Part shown: one piece after another, positions 25,448-38,800 of the stretch
How the letters are laid out: the number at the start of each line of letters is the position of its first letter
Position numbering within the stretch: the first letter of the stretch is position 1
Assembly (NCBI GenBank): GCA_025786725.1
Contig: JAHLTZ010000005.1
Coordinates: forward strand, 558,001-622,000
Source of the DNA: Syncephalis fuscata S228
Taxonomy: Eukaryota > Fungi > Zoopagomycota
Direction of reading: 5' to 3'
Length of the DNA stretch: 64,000 nucleotides
The notes under the pieces: generated by a model
Seen by the model: only the letters and a program-made list of their open reading frames with translations
What the model was told of the DNA's origin: nothing
Database searches by the model: none
Translations under genes and position numbers: made by a program

Positions 25448-27858
25448 ATGACAGACAGTATGGTTGTAGATAGTGCAGTCAGTGAGACACCTAACAGTAA
25501 ACAGGCACGGTCAAAGGAGGAGCGGGCAGCGGAAAAGGCTCGCAGGGTAAGTGCGGCGTATACACGTTATTGATACAAGCCAAGTATATATTCAAACTTT
25601 TATTATTAGACGGAAGAGAAATCACGACGTGAACAGGAACGTGAACAATTACGCCAACAACGGGAGACAGAGAAAGCGGCTAAAGAGGCGGAAAAAGAAC
25701 AGCAGCGACAACAGCGTGAAAATGAAAAGCAGGCCAGAGAGGCGGAAAAAGAACAGCAGCGTCAACAGCGTGAAAATGAAAAGCAGGCCAAAGAAGCGGA
25801 ACGACATGAGCGCGAAGAAGAACGTCGATTAAAACGAGAGGCAAAAATGGCAGAGAAAGCCGTAAAAGAAGCGGAAAGACGTGAAAAGGTAAGTGGCCAT
25901 CATATTATAATACAAAATAAAGCTAATGATGCGTAGGAGGAAATGGAACGTAAAAAGGCCAATGTATGTATAGAAATCAATTAGTTAGTTAGTAATGATT
26001 GCTTACATTTAAAACTAGGCTCAAAAACGAATTATGTCATTCTTCCAACCAGATGCAACGAAGAAATCAGCTAATAGTGATACCAAATTTAATGGTAAAG
26101 TATATTGACACATTTGTAATATAAATTGATGATATACATCTATTTAATTCTAGAATCAATAAGTGACTTTGAACAGTTCTTCCAACCATTCTGTGTCAAG
26201 GCCGATATGACATGGACAGTATATAAACAATCTGAATCTATGGAATTAGAATCGACACTTAACACATTACCACAATGTAAAACACTTATGACAGGTAATT
26301 ATACAATAGAAATAATTAAATGTAGCCTTTTAAATAACTGTATTATTTAGATATTAAAAACGATTTTATTAAATTTATTAGAAAGAGACAGCCATCACAT
26401 TATTTGAATAAATATTCACAACAACAACAACAACAACGTATTATAGATACAACGACAGTATCTCCATCTGAACCATCAACACAAATGAAATTACTTCAGT
26501 TTGCTCAAGATGTCCGTCCCGCTTATTTTGGTAATTAGAGCATAGCATAACTTATAGCGATAAACCAACCATTATAATGATACTATAGGAACATGGTCTA
26601 GAAAGAGTCAAATTATAACGGGACGTCGTTGGTTAGCCAAGGATACATACTTACTAGACTACGATATAGATAGTGAAGCAGAATGGGAAGATGGTGACGA
26701 TGAAGGCGAAGAATGTCGAAGTGATGATGAAGAAGAGGAAGAAGAGGTAGAAGAGGGTGGACTTGGCGCACGTATGACATATAACAGTAATAGTCTAGAT
26801 GAAGATGATGAAGTAAGTTCAATGTATATTTATAGTATTAAAATGATATTAATTAATTCGTATTAACAGGATGGCTGGTTAGTACCGCATGGTTATCTTT
26901 CAGAGGATGAAGGCGAAGATAAAGATGAAGATGAAGACAAGAATACAATGACTCAAAGTAATAATTGTAAATAGTTTAATAGATATAATGAATTAATAAA
27001 TATTGTAAACAGAAAAGTCCAATTTGACAAGTCACTCTGTAGTAAGTATGGTTATCGTGGATTATTTACGACTTACTAATAACATTGATGATAGCCTAAA
27101 CGTGTACAACCACTAGTGCCAGTTATTATAGGGCCGATCTTTGTACATCAACATCAGTCTATACCGATAGAATTGACAAATCTTCAATTGGTTCTATTAA
27201 ATTCAAATAGCACTTGCAAATCCATAGATCCATGGGAGGATGTTAATCCAGTAAATGGTGAAGGTGCTGACGTAGAAACACCACGAAAACGGAAACATGG
27301 CTATAAACCAAAAAAATTACTTTCAGAGGAACATTTACCACAGCTAGTAAAGGTAAATAAGAATGATTGGTCTATTCATATTTAAACGTTATTGACACGT
27401 TAATAGTCTATACATGGTATATCACAAAGTATGCCAAAATTAGTTGAGGAACTTAAGGATAAGTAAGTGGCAGTAGTTAGAAAGAGAAGAGTTAAACAAT
27501 GGAATAATTAACAATGCATTAGATTTACCGAAGTATCTAAACGACAATTAGAAGAAAAAATTCGAGATATTGCGACAAAAGTCAAATCACCTCATTCATC
27601 AGTAAGTAATAGCAGTTATAATAAAATCAATACTAATATTGATAATAATATTAGAAAATGGTATGGCAAGTAAGACAGTCGGTAATTGATGAATTGGGCC
27701 TATCTTTACCGCCATTTGATCAAATTGTCTCAGTTAATCATGTCACATCCAACACTGATACTACAAATTGTGTATTACATGCAGATACATCAGCTATTAT
27801 GGATGAGATGGAGAAGCCATCAAGCGACAATGATATGATGGTGTTGGATGATGAGTGA
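25448..27858 (+). CDS. CAC1: Chromatin assembly factor 1 large subunit (Cac1/Rlf2/CHAF1A), multi-exon
   Basis: K/E/R coiled coil, PIP-like QKRIMSFF, MKLLQFAQDVRPAYFGTW, LDYDIDSEAEWE acidic domain, DGWLVPHGYLSEDE, C-terminal winged-helix-like region. Confidence 0.9.
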
Positions 27859-28051
27859 ATTATAATTAATAAATTATTTGTTTTCAATTATATAAAGATT
27901 GGTCATCGGTGTAAGTAATGGTAATTTACTCAACCGCTAAATTAAATGTCATAGTCAACAGTCAAAGCCGTTATTTACTTCTTTAAAATAAAGAGCATGC
28001 GTATACGCTACTTGACATGGACATAGATTCAAAGATGGGGGTAGAGGCAAT

Positions 28052-28771
28052 CTACATGATAGCACGATCACCATATTTCTCCTCGTAGCCTGGAATAGAC
28101 CATTTGCCTTCCTCTAGGCGTTTTCCTAAAACTTCAACAATTTCTGGTTTGGCTTCAATAATATCTTCGACCTAATAAGTGTGAAAAGGTAAAATTAGTA
28201 TATATATATAGCTATAGATTGGTATTAATATTCATTTATACATACCGAAAGTTGTTCAACTGGACGAGCCGATTCAATGTTCGACAAGGTCTTTTGTAGT
28301 TCAGCAATATCGATATCAATTTGCTTGACAGTTTGTTCGGCGCGTTGAACCTATTATTATAGTTATATAGAGCAGTAACAACAATGAATGAATGAATGAA
28401 TAAATAGATAGATTGCGTTATGTTGTTGATGGTGTAATATAACAATAACGCGTAGTTTCACCTACCGCTTTAGCCTCCAAAGTGTCGAGCACTTGCTGTT
28501 GCTTGGCCAGATCGATCTTGACTGGCTTAAATGCCTTCCAGGCCTTCTCTGCCTCATCGACGACGGCCTTGTTGCTCAATACTGAGCGGTAGTGGGCGAA
28601 ATCCACGTCCAGCTTTTGCTCTTGGAGAGAGGTCAATTGACGCTGCGTCTCATCGAATCGCTTGCGGAATGCCGTCAATTGAGCAGCAGTGTCCTTACGA
28701 AGCGGGATCGACAAGAGACGGCTCCAGTCGATCTTGCTTACGGCGGCAGCGGTACGGGTAGTGGCCGACAT
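28052..28771 (-). CDS. ATP7: Mitochondrial ATP synthase subunit d
   Basis: KIDWSRL...LTAFRKR...VDFAHYRSVL, then TLSNIESARP and GKWSIPGYEEKYGD in exons 2-3. Confidence 0.93.
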
Positions 28772-31606
28772 GATGAAGGAAAATTTAAAAGAGATCAATA
28801 GAAAAGAAAGAGGTGGTGTGTAGTGGAATGAGCAAACGCATCTTATCCATATCGCCATTATTATCATTACTCTTATTGCTATTATTAAACTGTTACTAAT
28901 TGAACGTGTTAACTTTAATGGTTGTCTTTGTTTAATTGATTAATTAATATAACTTATAATAACGCTGTAATGCCAGTCGATTGACTCCATGACGCATTGC
29001 CTATAGAAAGATTATGGATAGATCAGCTGTTATTAAGTAAAGTATTTTTAGTCTTCTATATGATAGTGAGTGTTTCTATAACAAACCGTTGATTAATTAC
29101 AAGGATACCATAATAAAGATATTTAATAGTATATCTATATGATAATGCTTATTAGTTTATTTACATTATTGATGTGTATTTATACTATAACTACAAGCAA
29201 TAAAATAAATGTATATGTAATATACTGTGTTGTATTTTAAATTTAATATTTATTCAATATTGTAAATAATAAACAGCTTGTTAATCTATAAATACTGCCA
29301 ACTTTATTGAATTCATTGTTTATGAATATTATTGAAGCAGTTTAATTGAATACTGCCAGGTGATGTGGAATCGGAATGTTCTAGCAGGTAAGAGTCTTTT
29401 TCTATCGCAGAATCGATTTGGAGTAGAGATGACAGACCGGCTGAGTTTTACCCGAACATCTCGGATCATTATAATCGCCGTTGAGAATACTTGTTTACTT
29501 TGTAATTATTCAGATATTTACAATATGCTATTGCTTTGGAAATATTATTGTGCTTATTTTAACAAGTATCTTACAATGTTTATGCAAAAATACATGTTAT
29601 TGTTAATGTCAGATTCGTAGAAAAGTATTTTTATTATTTATACATTAACAAAAGAAATACAGATCAAATGACAACATAAAGCAGCACGTTTTGGCAGCAA
29701 CTTGTAATCATACCTATAAACAACAATAGTAAGATCGGTTAGCAATTTGGTATGATAGATATGACCGAGATAATAGTAAATAGTAAAGATATATGGCAAT
29801 CATTTTAGTCCATAGTGTATGAAATCAGCATAAGCACTCAGTAGATTGACAGATTGTAAAATTTGTAATAATCATTTTGCCAATAAATAGAAAGTGAAAC
29901 TAGTAATTACCTGAAGTAAAGCTAACGACTGGATACTCGTGATTTACGAACGGAATAAAAGAAAGTAGAACAAGTGGTGAGAAAAGAAAGACATTGAGCT
30001 GAGGGGTTAGTAAAAAGAGAAAAAATAAACTTATAAACTATTAATAAATATCTTAAAACTATAAAATAGTTAAAGCATTGCACGTAGAACGATTATGAGT
30101 AGACTAATCGTTATTAAGTAAAAAACTATAAAACTATTATATAATAGCAGTATCTTTATAGCAACAACTACTAGGCAGGTACAATGCCACTATGGTCAAT
30201 GATATTCAATACCATACAAATGACGTTGTCATTACCTTAGTATCGGTGTAAATAGCAATAAAATGGTGTTATTAAGGCAAATGGGATAGACTACACAAGT
30301 ATGCTTATATGTGATGTCGTGTACTAGTCTATTTGTAATATTGATGTATATTTATGTTATAAATGCTGTCAATAGAATAAACGTATATATACATATATAA
30401 TAAGCTATGCTATATTCTGAACTTAAGATTTGACATATTAATGTATAGATTGTTATTAATTGCATTTGCATTATTGCTCATGAATATCATTGAGTCAATT
30501 GGGGTGGAAATGGTAGACCGACCAAGTTCGTCAAACCATCATACTATTGATGCAATTTAACATTACACAGCAATGAATATTTACTTGCATATCCATTGAG
30601 CGTATGATGTACGTGTGTTCTAAATATGGAAGAAGAGACAGTGCTTTATTTTGGTTAAAAAAGGCCACTATCAAATTGGATTTAATAGCAAACAAATCAA
30701 CCATTGGTGGAAATTACAAACTGTAGCTTCTTCATTATTTTTAATTTGTAGACTAAATCCTTAGAGCGGTGAAGCATGTGGGTCATGCTAAAACTTTATG
30801 TATTTATTCCAACTTGAAACACGCTCACAAATTGCTGTTTTCAAATAACATTATAGAGTTTAAATCAAGTCTTGAAAGAACTATGCATAAAATATTGTTG
30901 TATGATAACTGTGTTTTTCAGTGTAGATTAATGTAATTGCTGCTACCCGGCGGTTTTGGTTGCTATTGCTGTTATTGCAAAACATGTTTGTTTGTATCTT
31001 GTTTTCGTATATATTGAGTTGAATTTAAAGCTAATTTAAAAGACCTTTTATAATTTTTCAAATGTATAATATAACTAGTAGCTAGGATTATATTGTAGAA
31101 TTATTCAATAATGTGTTATTTTATACAATGAATAAATGAATAAAACTTGGTTTTTTGAATTGAAATGGTTAAAACTGTTGTTTTCTTGTCTTTTGAGATA
31201 AAACATATTGCTCTTTTGCTGTTTTTAAAACGATAGGTGGATAGATGAATAAGGATCTTTAGCTTTATGAGTCAGAAGTCATCGTCATCATTGTTGAGTC
31301 ATGTGCAGCTAGTATGTAATTGTATTTTGAATGTAAAGATGACGTATGCCTTTAAGGCCTATAGCCAATTGAACCGAAAGCCCAACTTATGACACTATAA
31401 ATAGGCGTATAATTTACAACCGACTGTTATTTCTCTTATCTACTTTTGCGACTATATTTACTGTTAAATTTCACTATCGTATTCAAACATAGCAACCGTA
31501 ACAGCAGCTTGTATTTCAAAGTTTTAAAAGGCACTGAAAAATTAGCTATTTGTTTCTATTTTTTAGTTATTCAGACTTTTATTCTTCGGTAAATTTATCA
31601 GTAAAG

Positions 31607-32299
31607 ATGACAGCAACTTTGCTTTGGAAGCAACACTTTTTGAAATTGGCACAATACAATGTCTGGGCCTATCAAGTATTGCTAGATTCGGTAAAATTGT
31701 TGAGTGATGAACATTTTAGTGCTTACGCTGGTCTATGCTTTCGATCTATCCATGGTACACTCAATCATCTTTCTGCATCAGAGGGATATTGGTAAGTTTT
31801 AGTAAACATAATAATATACTTATAATAACTTTATTTTAGGGCATTTCGTCTAGATGGACAAATGACCGAGGGTCTCCAAGATCTTGGTAAACTATGGATG
31901 TCACCGGAAAAGTTTTCTAAAGCTGGTGACAAGTCTTCAATTTGGGAACAGCATATTCCTGAACGACATCGAGTCATTGAAGCGATTCAAAAAAGTGTAA
32001 GTTAATTCAGTGATACTACTTAATCTAATTGTAATTAGTCGGCCCGTCTACTCAAGATAGTTGAAGATTTGCCGGACTCACATGATTTCGAGAGTACTAT
32101 TGCTCATATAGGAGCTTATGAGGAGGAAAGCGCTACTAGCTGTAGAATAGCTTTGACGCATGCATTTAATCATTCCACTCATCATCGTGGACAAATATCT
32201 GGTGCTATTACGCAGTTTGGCTTACCACCGCCTAGCATGGATTTAATATACCATCCTGGATCCACGTGGACGCAAGAAAGCAATACGGCGAATGAATAA
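31607..32299 (+). CDS. DinB/YfiT-superfamily protein (three exons)
   Basis: YNVWA, FRSIHGTLNHL and HAFNHSTHHRGQI (three-His metal triad). Confidence 0.85.
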
Positions 32300-35200
32300 T
32301 GCAATAAACATTATCTATACCATATTTGTTGAGTATATTCCCAAAAAGCTATTGTTTGTGCACTTAATATCATATTAAATATTTTTTGGTTTATTTAGTA
32401 CCATGAAGCTATCGTACTTTGACTCTTACATTTTTTATTTACCTATTTTACATTACAAATATGCCCAAAATGCAACAGTAGAATATTAGAAATAGAAGAG
32501 ACCATTCAGATGCAATAATACACACTGTACATAGATGCAATAGCAACAAATGTGAAATGATATAAGACTGTGATCAACGGCTTTTATTAATATTCAATCA
32601 ATCTTTCTACACATAGCCAACGACAACAATGATTAATCTTAAATGTTCCAAAGAAATCAAATAGTATGTTACATTACTTATTTAAAACAATTTATTAACT
32701 GCATTTTAATAGAAAGTAATATAATTGTAATGTGTATGATCGCATAACTTTAATTGGAACAAATTTTAATTTAAGGACTCAAATGTAGGATTGAAAGTAA
32801 AATGGTGAATTTTGAAAAAATGCCATTTTTCTGTTTTTAATTTTCAAATTTTTACCATAATAAATTATGATTTTAAATAAGCATAAATGAAATTAAAATA
32901 TCAATTCCTTTTATTAAGAAAATATATCTAAATGTCTACCAAACTATTTAAAAAGCTATGTTTATTAGTATTGAAGAACTGAAGATTGTTGTTGACGAGT
33001 TTAGACTTATTGGCAATTGCAATTTCAAAAGACAAAATATTGATTCAAGAAGATTACAGCTTATTTGTTTTTATAAAAATCGTTTCAGCAAGTGGCAGTT
33101 TGTTTTGACTTTCAAAAAGTAAAAGCCTGACCTAGTAAAGATTACCCAGTGCAATATTAAAAATTTTAATAGTTGTTTATATGATTATAGTAATAATATT
33201 ATTAAATTTATTACAAATTATGTTGCTACATTCCCAATTGCAAAACCAAAATATGAACAAATAAAGGCATTACGTACATGTTTAATTATTTAATATATAC
33301 AAACAATTGTAATAGCCTAAAAAATGTTATTATTTTTTATTACAAAGCTTGGTCTACTTTTGATTGAATAAAAAACGTTGTTACAACATCAGTAATAAAA
33401 TGATGTAAATTGATCAAGTGGCCAAAGGAGAAAAAAAGTAGTAGCTTAATTAAATATTTTAATATCAATTAATAAAGAATAACATCAGTATTAAATGACT
33501 TTAACTTATAGCAATAGTTTAAATTAGCATATTTATATAAAAGTTATAATTGTATCGACTATGATATAAACTAAAATGAATTAGATTATAAAAAGCCATT
33601 TTATTGTTGTTTGAGTAACAGTACTATGTATTTATAATATTGTTGAATAATAAGAGCTAAAAAGCTAAAAATCCCTGATGGGAAAAAGTTAATTATAATA
33701 AATGCAGCGAATTTTAACTTAAAGCTTTGCTTATTTATGTTGTTACTATTCCACTTAGAATAGAATGATAAACAAATTACCAATATTATACTTGATCTTA
33801 AATGACCTATAATATCAGTAATTAGTGGTATATAAGAATTACTTGAGTATTTTAAATAAATGATTAAAATAGTACTAGTTAAATAAAAGTATCAACTTAG
33901 TCCAACAATCACTGCAGGGCTGAGATGATCAGAAAGTTTCAAAATTCAAATAATAATAAAAGAATTTAAAACCAAAATAAAATAATTTTTATTAAGAATA
34001 AGAGATATTGCTGCCATTTTATAGTAAATGGTCTTGAAATAATGCGAAGGAAAAACTTGAACAACTTGTTCGTTTAATTTCTTCTTCAGGCGATATGGGG
34101 CCATTTTACTTTAATAAATAACACGGAGCCGTGAATTTTATTAAACGCAGATATTTATAGGCGCTATACTTCTTGCCAAGAGGTTAAGGTAATTGCAATG
34201 GTAGAATCGCCATGCCTTGATTACAATAATGGCTATCTTTTACAAGGACCCTGACTATTACCAGAAATAAAAATAGTAACGTGATGTAGCTATCGTTAAT
34301 TAAGTTATTTACCATACTTAGTAAATAACACAACTTACACAATAACTATGCTGGTGAAATAGTAACAATGTAATTTAATTAATTGTAGCAATATTAACAG
34401 CAATATCAATTGTGTTTTATTTTTTAAAAACTTTTAACAATATACTGGTGGAAAATGTAACTCAAAAACACAGTATGAGGACATGCTCTGTAAGGTTAGT
34501 ATTAATAATATTGAACTGGTAGTTAATGTTGAAACAAACGTTTTTTATTGAGTAAATACAAACTACTAATAAAACAACTATCAAATAAATAAAGTGTAAT
34601 GCAAACAAAAATGTTTATTAATAAATATTTTAATTTTAAATTAACCAACAAATAAGATTAGATTGCTTATTTAGAGCATTTCAGATATAGATTAGCAATA
34701 AACAATTCCGAATTACATAAAGTTTATGCTTGATAATCAAATTAATTAGCTGGTGTATCAAGCAAGAGGGAAGATATGCAAAATAAAGCCGTCAACATGC
34801 ATTTGTCATTGATAACTAAACAATCTACCGTAACATTACTTTAAATGTTGCAATAGTTGTTCAATATTCTAATTTAGAAAATTGTAATATGGCAAAAAAG
34901 CTTAAAGGGTGCTGTGGCGGATTATTTAAACCATTGATTATATTAAATTTATATATTTTTATTAACTAAATAAAAATAATTTTTCCACAATATTGAGCAT
35001 GCTATTGGTTGTTTAGTGTGATTTGGCAGTTAAATAGCTATAATAGCCACACATTTAAACAAATATCCGCTTTATTGAAGATGAAAATGGGTGTTGAATG
35101 TCATTGGTTATTAAATGTTTACTATCATTATTATGTACTGTACATATCTATTCTGTATACACATACTATATTCGTCTATATTATTAATATTGGAATTGTA

Positions 35201-35837
35201 GAAACTATATTAACAAAGGCTAAAAGCTTATTGCTAACTGTATTTTTTAGCGTATTTTGATTTATTTGTTTATTACTCTTGACCAATTGCATACATATAG
35301 TCTCACTATCACTATTCGCATATCTAATTTGTCTATTATTTTGTTTATAATATTTTATGCTTTATTGCCATGTTTTATTAAAAAGCGTATTTATTCTAAT
35401 TTAGCATAATATTATTTGGCTATATGATAATGATAGCTTTGCTACTATTCATATTAATCTATGCCTATAGCTCATACGATATATTTATATACATTTTGTT
35501 AATTTACTTATTTTATTAATGACTGTCAATCATTAGATGCAAATAAAACATGATTATAGATATACTGATTTGCTTGTATATAGTTAAGATGAAACCATAA
35601 GTTTATTACTATAAGGTTGCACAGTTGAATAGGGGCAACTAGATGCAATCTTGTTGGTAAAATAATGATTCCATTGATTAAAGACTGGATAAACCGGAAC
35701 ATTGGCCAAAACTTGATATATAAATAGACTGGACAGCGTAATTGTCAAATAGTCTTGATTTTCACCGAATATATACCTAAAGTGTATTGGAATAGTGGTT
35801 TGATTGCACTACCAATGCTGATGTCTTGAACCATCGA

Positions 35838-38800
35838 TTATCCTGTATTCATAAATAAAATATTAATGTCATATGGTTAATGTATAAGTCGTCAATACAC
35901 AATACTACTTACGGCCTATTAGTATTAAGTTGTTGATACACATGGCGCATGACATGCAATTAGTAATTAGTTAATTAATATACAATATCACTTACATCCT
36001 ATTGATATTAAGTTGTTGGTGGATACAGTACACGGTATATCATTAGCGCATTTTATATTGATATGCGACACAGCTTACTGTCTATCAATATTAAGTTGCC
36101 AATGGATACAGTAGACAGCATGTGATTAGTGAGTAACCAGTTATTATACAATATAACTTACATTCTATTAATATTAAGTTATTGATGAACACAATACATG
36201 ATATATAATTAATGCACAGTCAGTTAATACGCAACACAACTTACGACCTATGAATATTAAGTTGTTGATGCACAAATTAAATAGCATGTGATTAGTACAT
36301 AGTTAATTAATATACAATATCACTTACAATCTATTATATTAAATAATCGATACAATCAGTAAATAGCAGTTAATGTACAGTCAAAGAATATATAATATCA
36401 CTTACAGCCTATTAGTATTAAACAACCATACAATTAGCAAATAGCATAGCTAATATATAGGCAATTAATATATTGTAACACCCGGAACTTACCCCGACTC
36501 TTTTTCCCAAGTAATATTAATCATTATTAATGGGAAAGTAATATTAAGTCCGCTCGTATCCATAATCCCTATTTTACAGTATAAGTACTTCACATTCATA
36601 ACAAATAATAAAAACATTAGTATTAGTATCAGTATTAATCTTGACTCTACTCCAACTTTGATTTTATTCTTTATTTTGGTGCCTTATCCAATTAGCAATT
36701 AAACCATTGTTGTAAAATTAACAACAGTGCACCAAAAATTTACATTGGCGAGCACAATAGAGGACCAACGTTCTCCTACGCTTTAAGACTATTACTAGTA
36801 CAGCGTTTCCTTATTATCAATATTATTTATTTAATATTGGTATACTACTTTCTTTATTATCAATATTACTGTTTGATATTGGTATATTACTTTCTTTATT
36901 ATCAATATTGTGTATTTAATATTGGTATACTACTTTCTTTATTATCAATATTACTGTTTGATATTGGTATATTACCTTCTTTATTATCAATATTATTGTT
37001 TGATATTGGTACACTTACTTTCTTTATTATCAATATTGTTTGTTTGATATTGGTATACTACTTTCCTTATTATCAATATTATTTATTTGATATTGGTATA
37101 TTACTTTCCCTACTATCAATATTACTGTTGATATTGGTATACTACATTTCATTATCAATATTATTTATTTAATATTGGTATATTACTTCCTTACTATCAA
37201 TATTATTGTTTGATATTGGTACATTTACTTTCTTTATTATCAATATTGTGTATTTAATATTGGTATACTACTTTCATTACTATCAATATTATTGTTGATA
37301 TTGGTACATTTACTACATTTCATTATCAATATTACTGTTGGATATTGGTATATTATTCATTTAACAATACTCATTAAACGATATCGAAAGATTGCCCCCT
37401 TAACAATATCGCAAAATGGACGATTCAACCAACGTGTGGTCTACACAAGAAGCATCCCACCCTACACCACAATGGCAATCGGTTTCCGAGAGCAATGGAT
37501 GGTCGGATCAGTCGATACGCGAGACCATGAGTCTCCTCTTATCATTATCTCCACAGGAAAGACTTCGTCTAGCCGACATCGCGCGCAACAATCATGACCA
37601 GATGCCAACCGTTGAGCAATCACCAACTGTGTCAGAGGCAACTCCAGGTAATAATGACCATCCGGAACAATGGCAAACAAATGCAGATAACCCCCGGCTC
37701 ACTCACGAACCGATTAATGGAATCCCTGACTTGTCACAGGCTACGGGTGCTCACCCGGTAGTTACTACGCAAGACTCAGGTAGAATCCTCGAATCGTTCG
37801 ATGGAGTAAACCCATGGGCTAATATGCAGTCTAGCCAAATGTCCTGGTTTGCAAACCAACGTTACGATAAGACAATCGTTCGGTTTGCAGGATCATTATT
37901 GACTGAAGACGCCATTGCATGGCTGGAACAGTACGACGAATGTGCAGAAAGGAATGGTTGGTCGCACGAAGCCAGGTTAAATACGGTCGGTAGTTATCTG
38001 GATGGACAAGCTAAGCTCTGGTGGAAAGCTATCAAACCAAAAGTCACGCATTGGCGCAAAGGTCGTGGACTACGCGACTCCGGACCTGCAACGTTTTATA
38101 ATGAATTTCTCAAGGCTTATTTTACAGCAGATATCGTTGCTATTTGGCACCGATGCTTAATGGAAGGCAAACAACAACCCAACGAGAGTGTAGATATATT
38201 CGCCTTACGACTTCAAGATATAGCTAGAAAAGTTCGATATAGCCGTGAAGTAACAGATGAGACTATTAGTGACATTTTTATGCGAGGACTGTCACAAGAT
38301 TGGAAGTGTCATTACGCGACTACGAAATGATGCAACCACTCGAATCGATTACGCTAGAAAGTCGAATCAGGACAGCGTCACGACTAGAAGCAAATCGTTG
38401 TATACCAACCAGATCGACTATTCCTGTATACCAGAACCAAGCAAATAGTCAACGAACTGATAATACACCACGCATGCGACCTAACTATAACTGGCAGCAA
38501 CTAGTCAAACATGAACCAGCAACTGTACAATCGACCGACACCAAGATTAGTCGACTGGAAGAACAAATTAGTAAAATGACTCAACAAATAGGTGAACTTA
38601 CTACTACGTTGGACAAAAAACCATTAGTCGCACGTGACTACTCACCCAGAAAGTGTCGTACTTGTGGTAGTGCCGATCCACATAACTGGGCCGAATGTAA
38701 GCAGAGAAGGATTTTCGGTAACCGCGGCCCATGCTGAAGGTCAAGTCGTGGTATTACCTAAAGAACCTACAGACGAGCTAGCGTTAGCCGCAGAGAAGCG

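Noticed and set aside
33300-34500. Hydrophobic coding-like fragments on the minus strand (possible decayed membrane-protein gene)
   Set aside because: Many stops in all frames and no recognisable motif; cannot support a gene model.
36811-37352. Palindromic ~43-bp array read as CRISPR, and ORF 36837-37172
   Set aside because: No unique spacers; it lies inside the retrotransposon leader, and the ORF is just the translated repeat.
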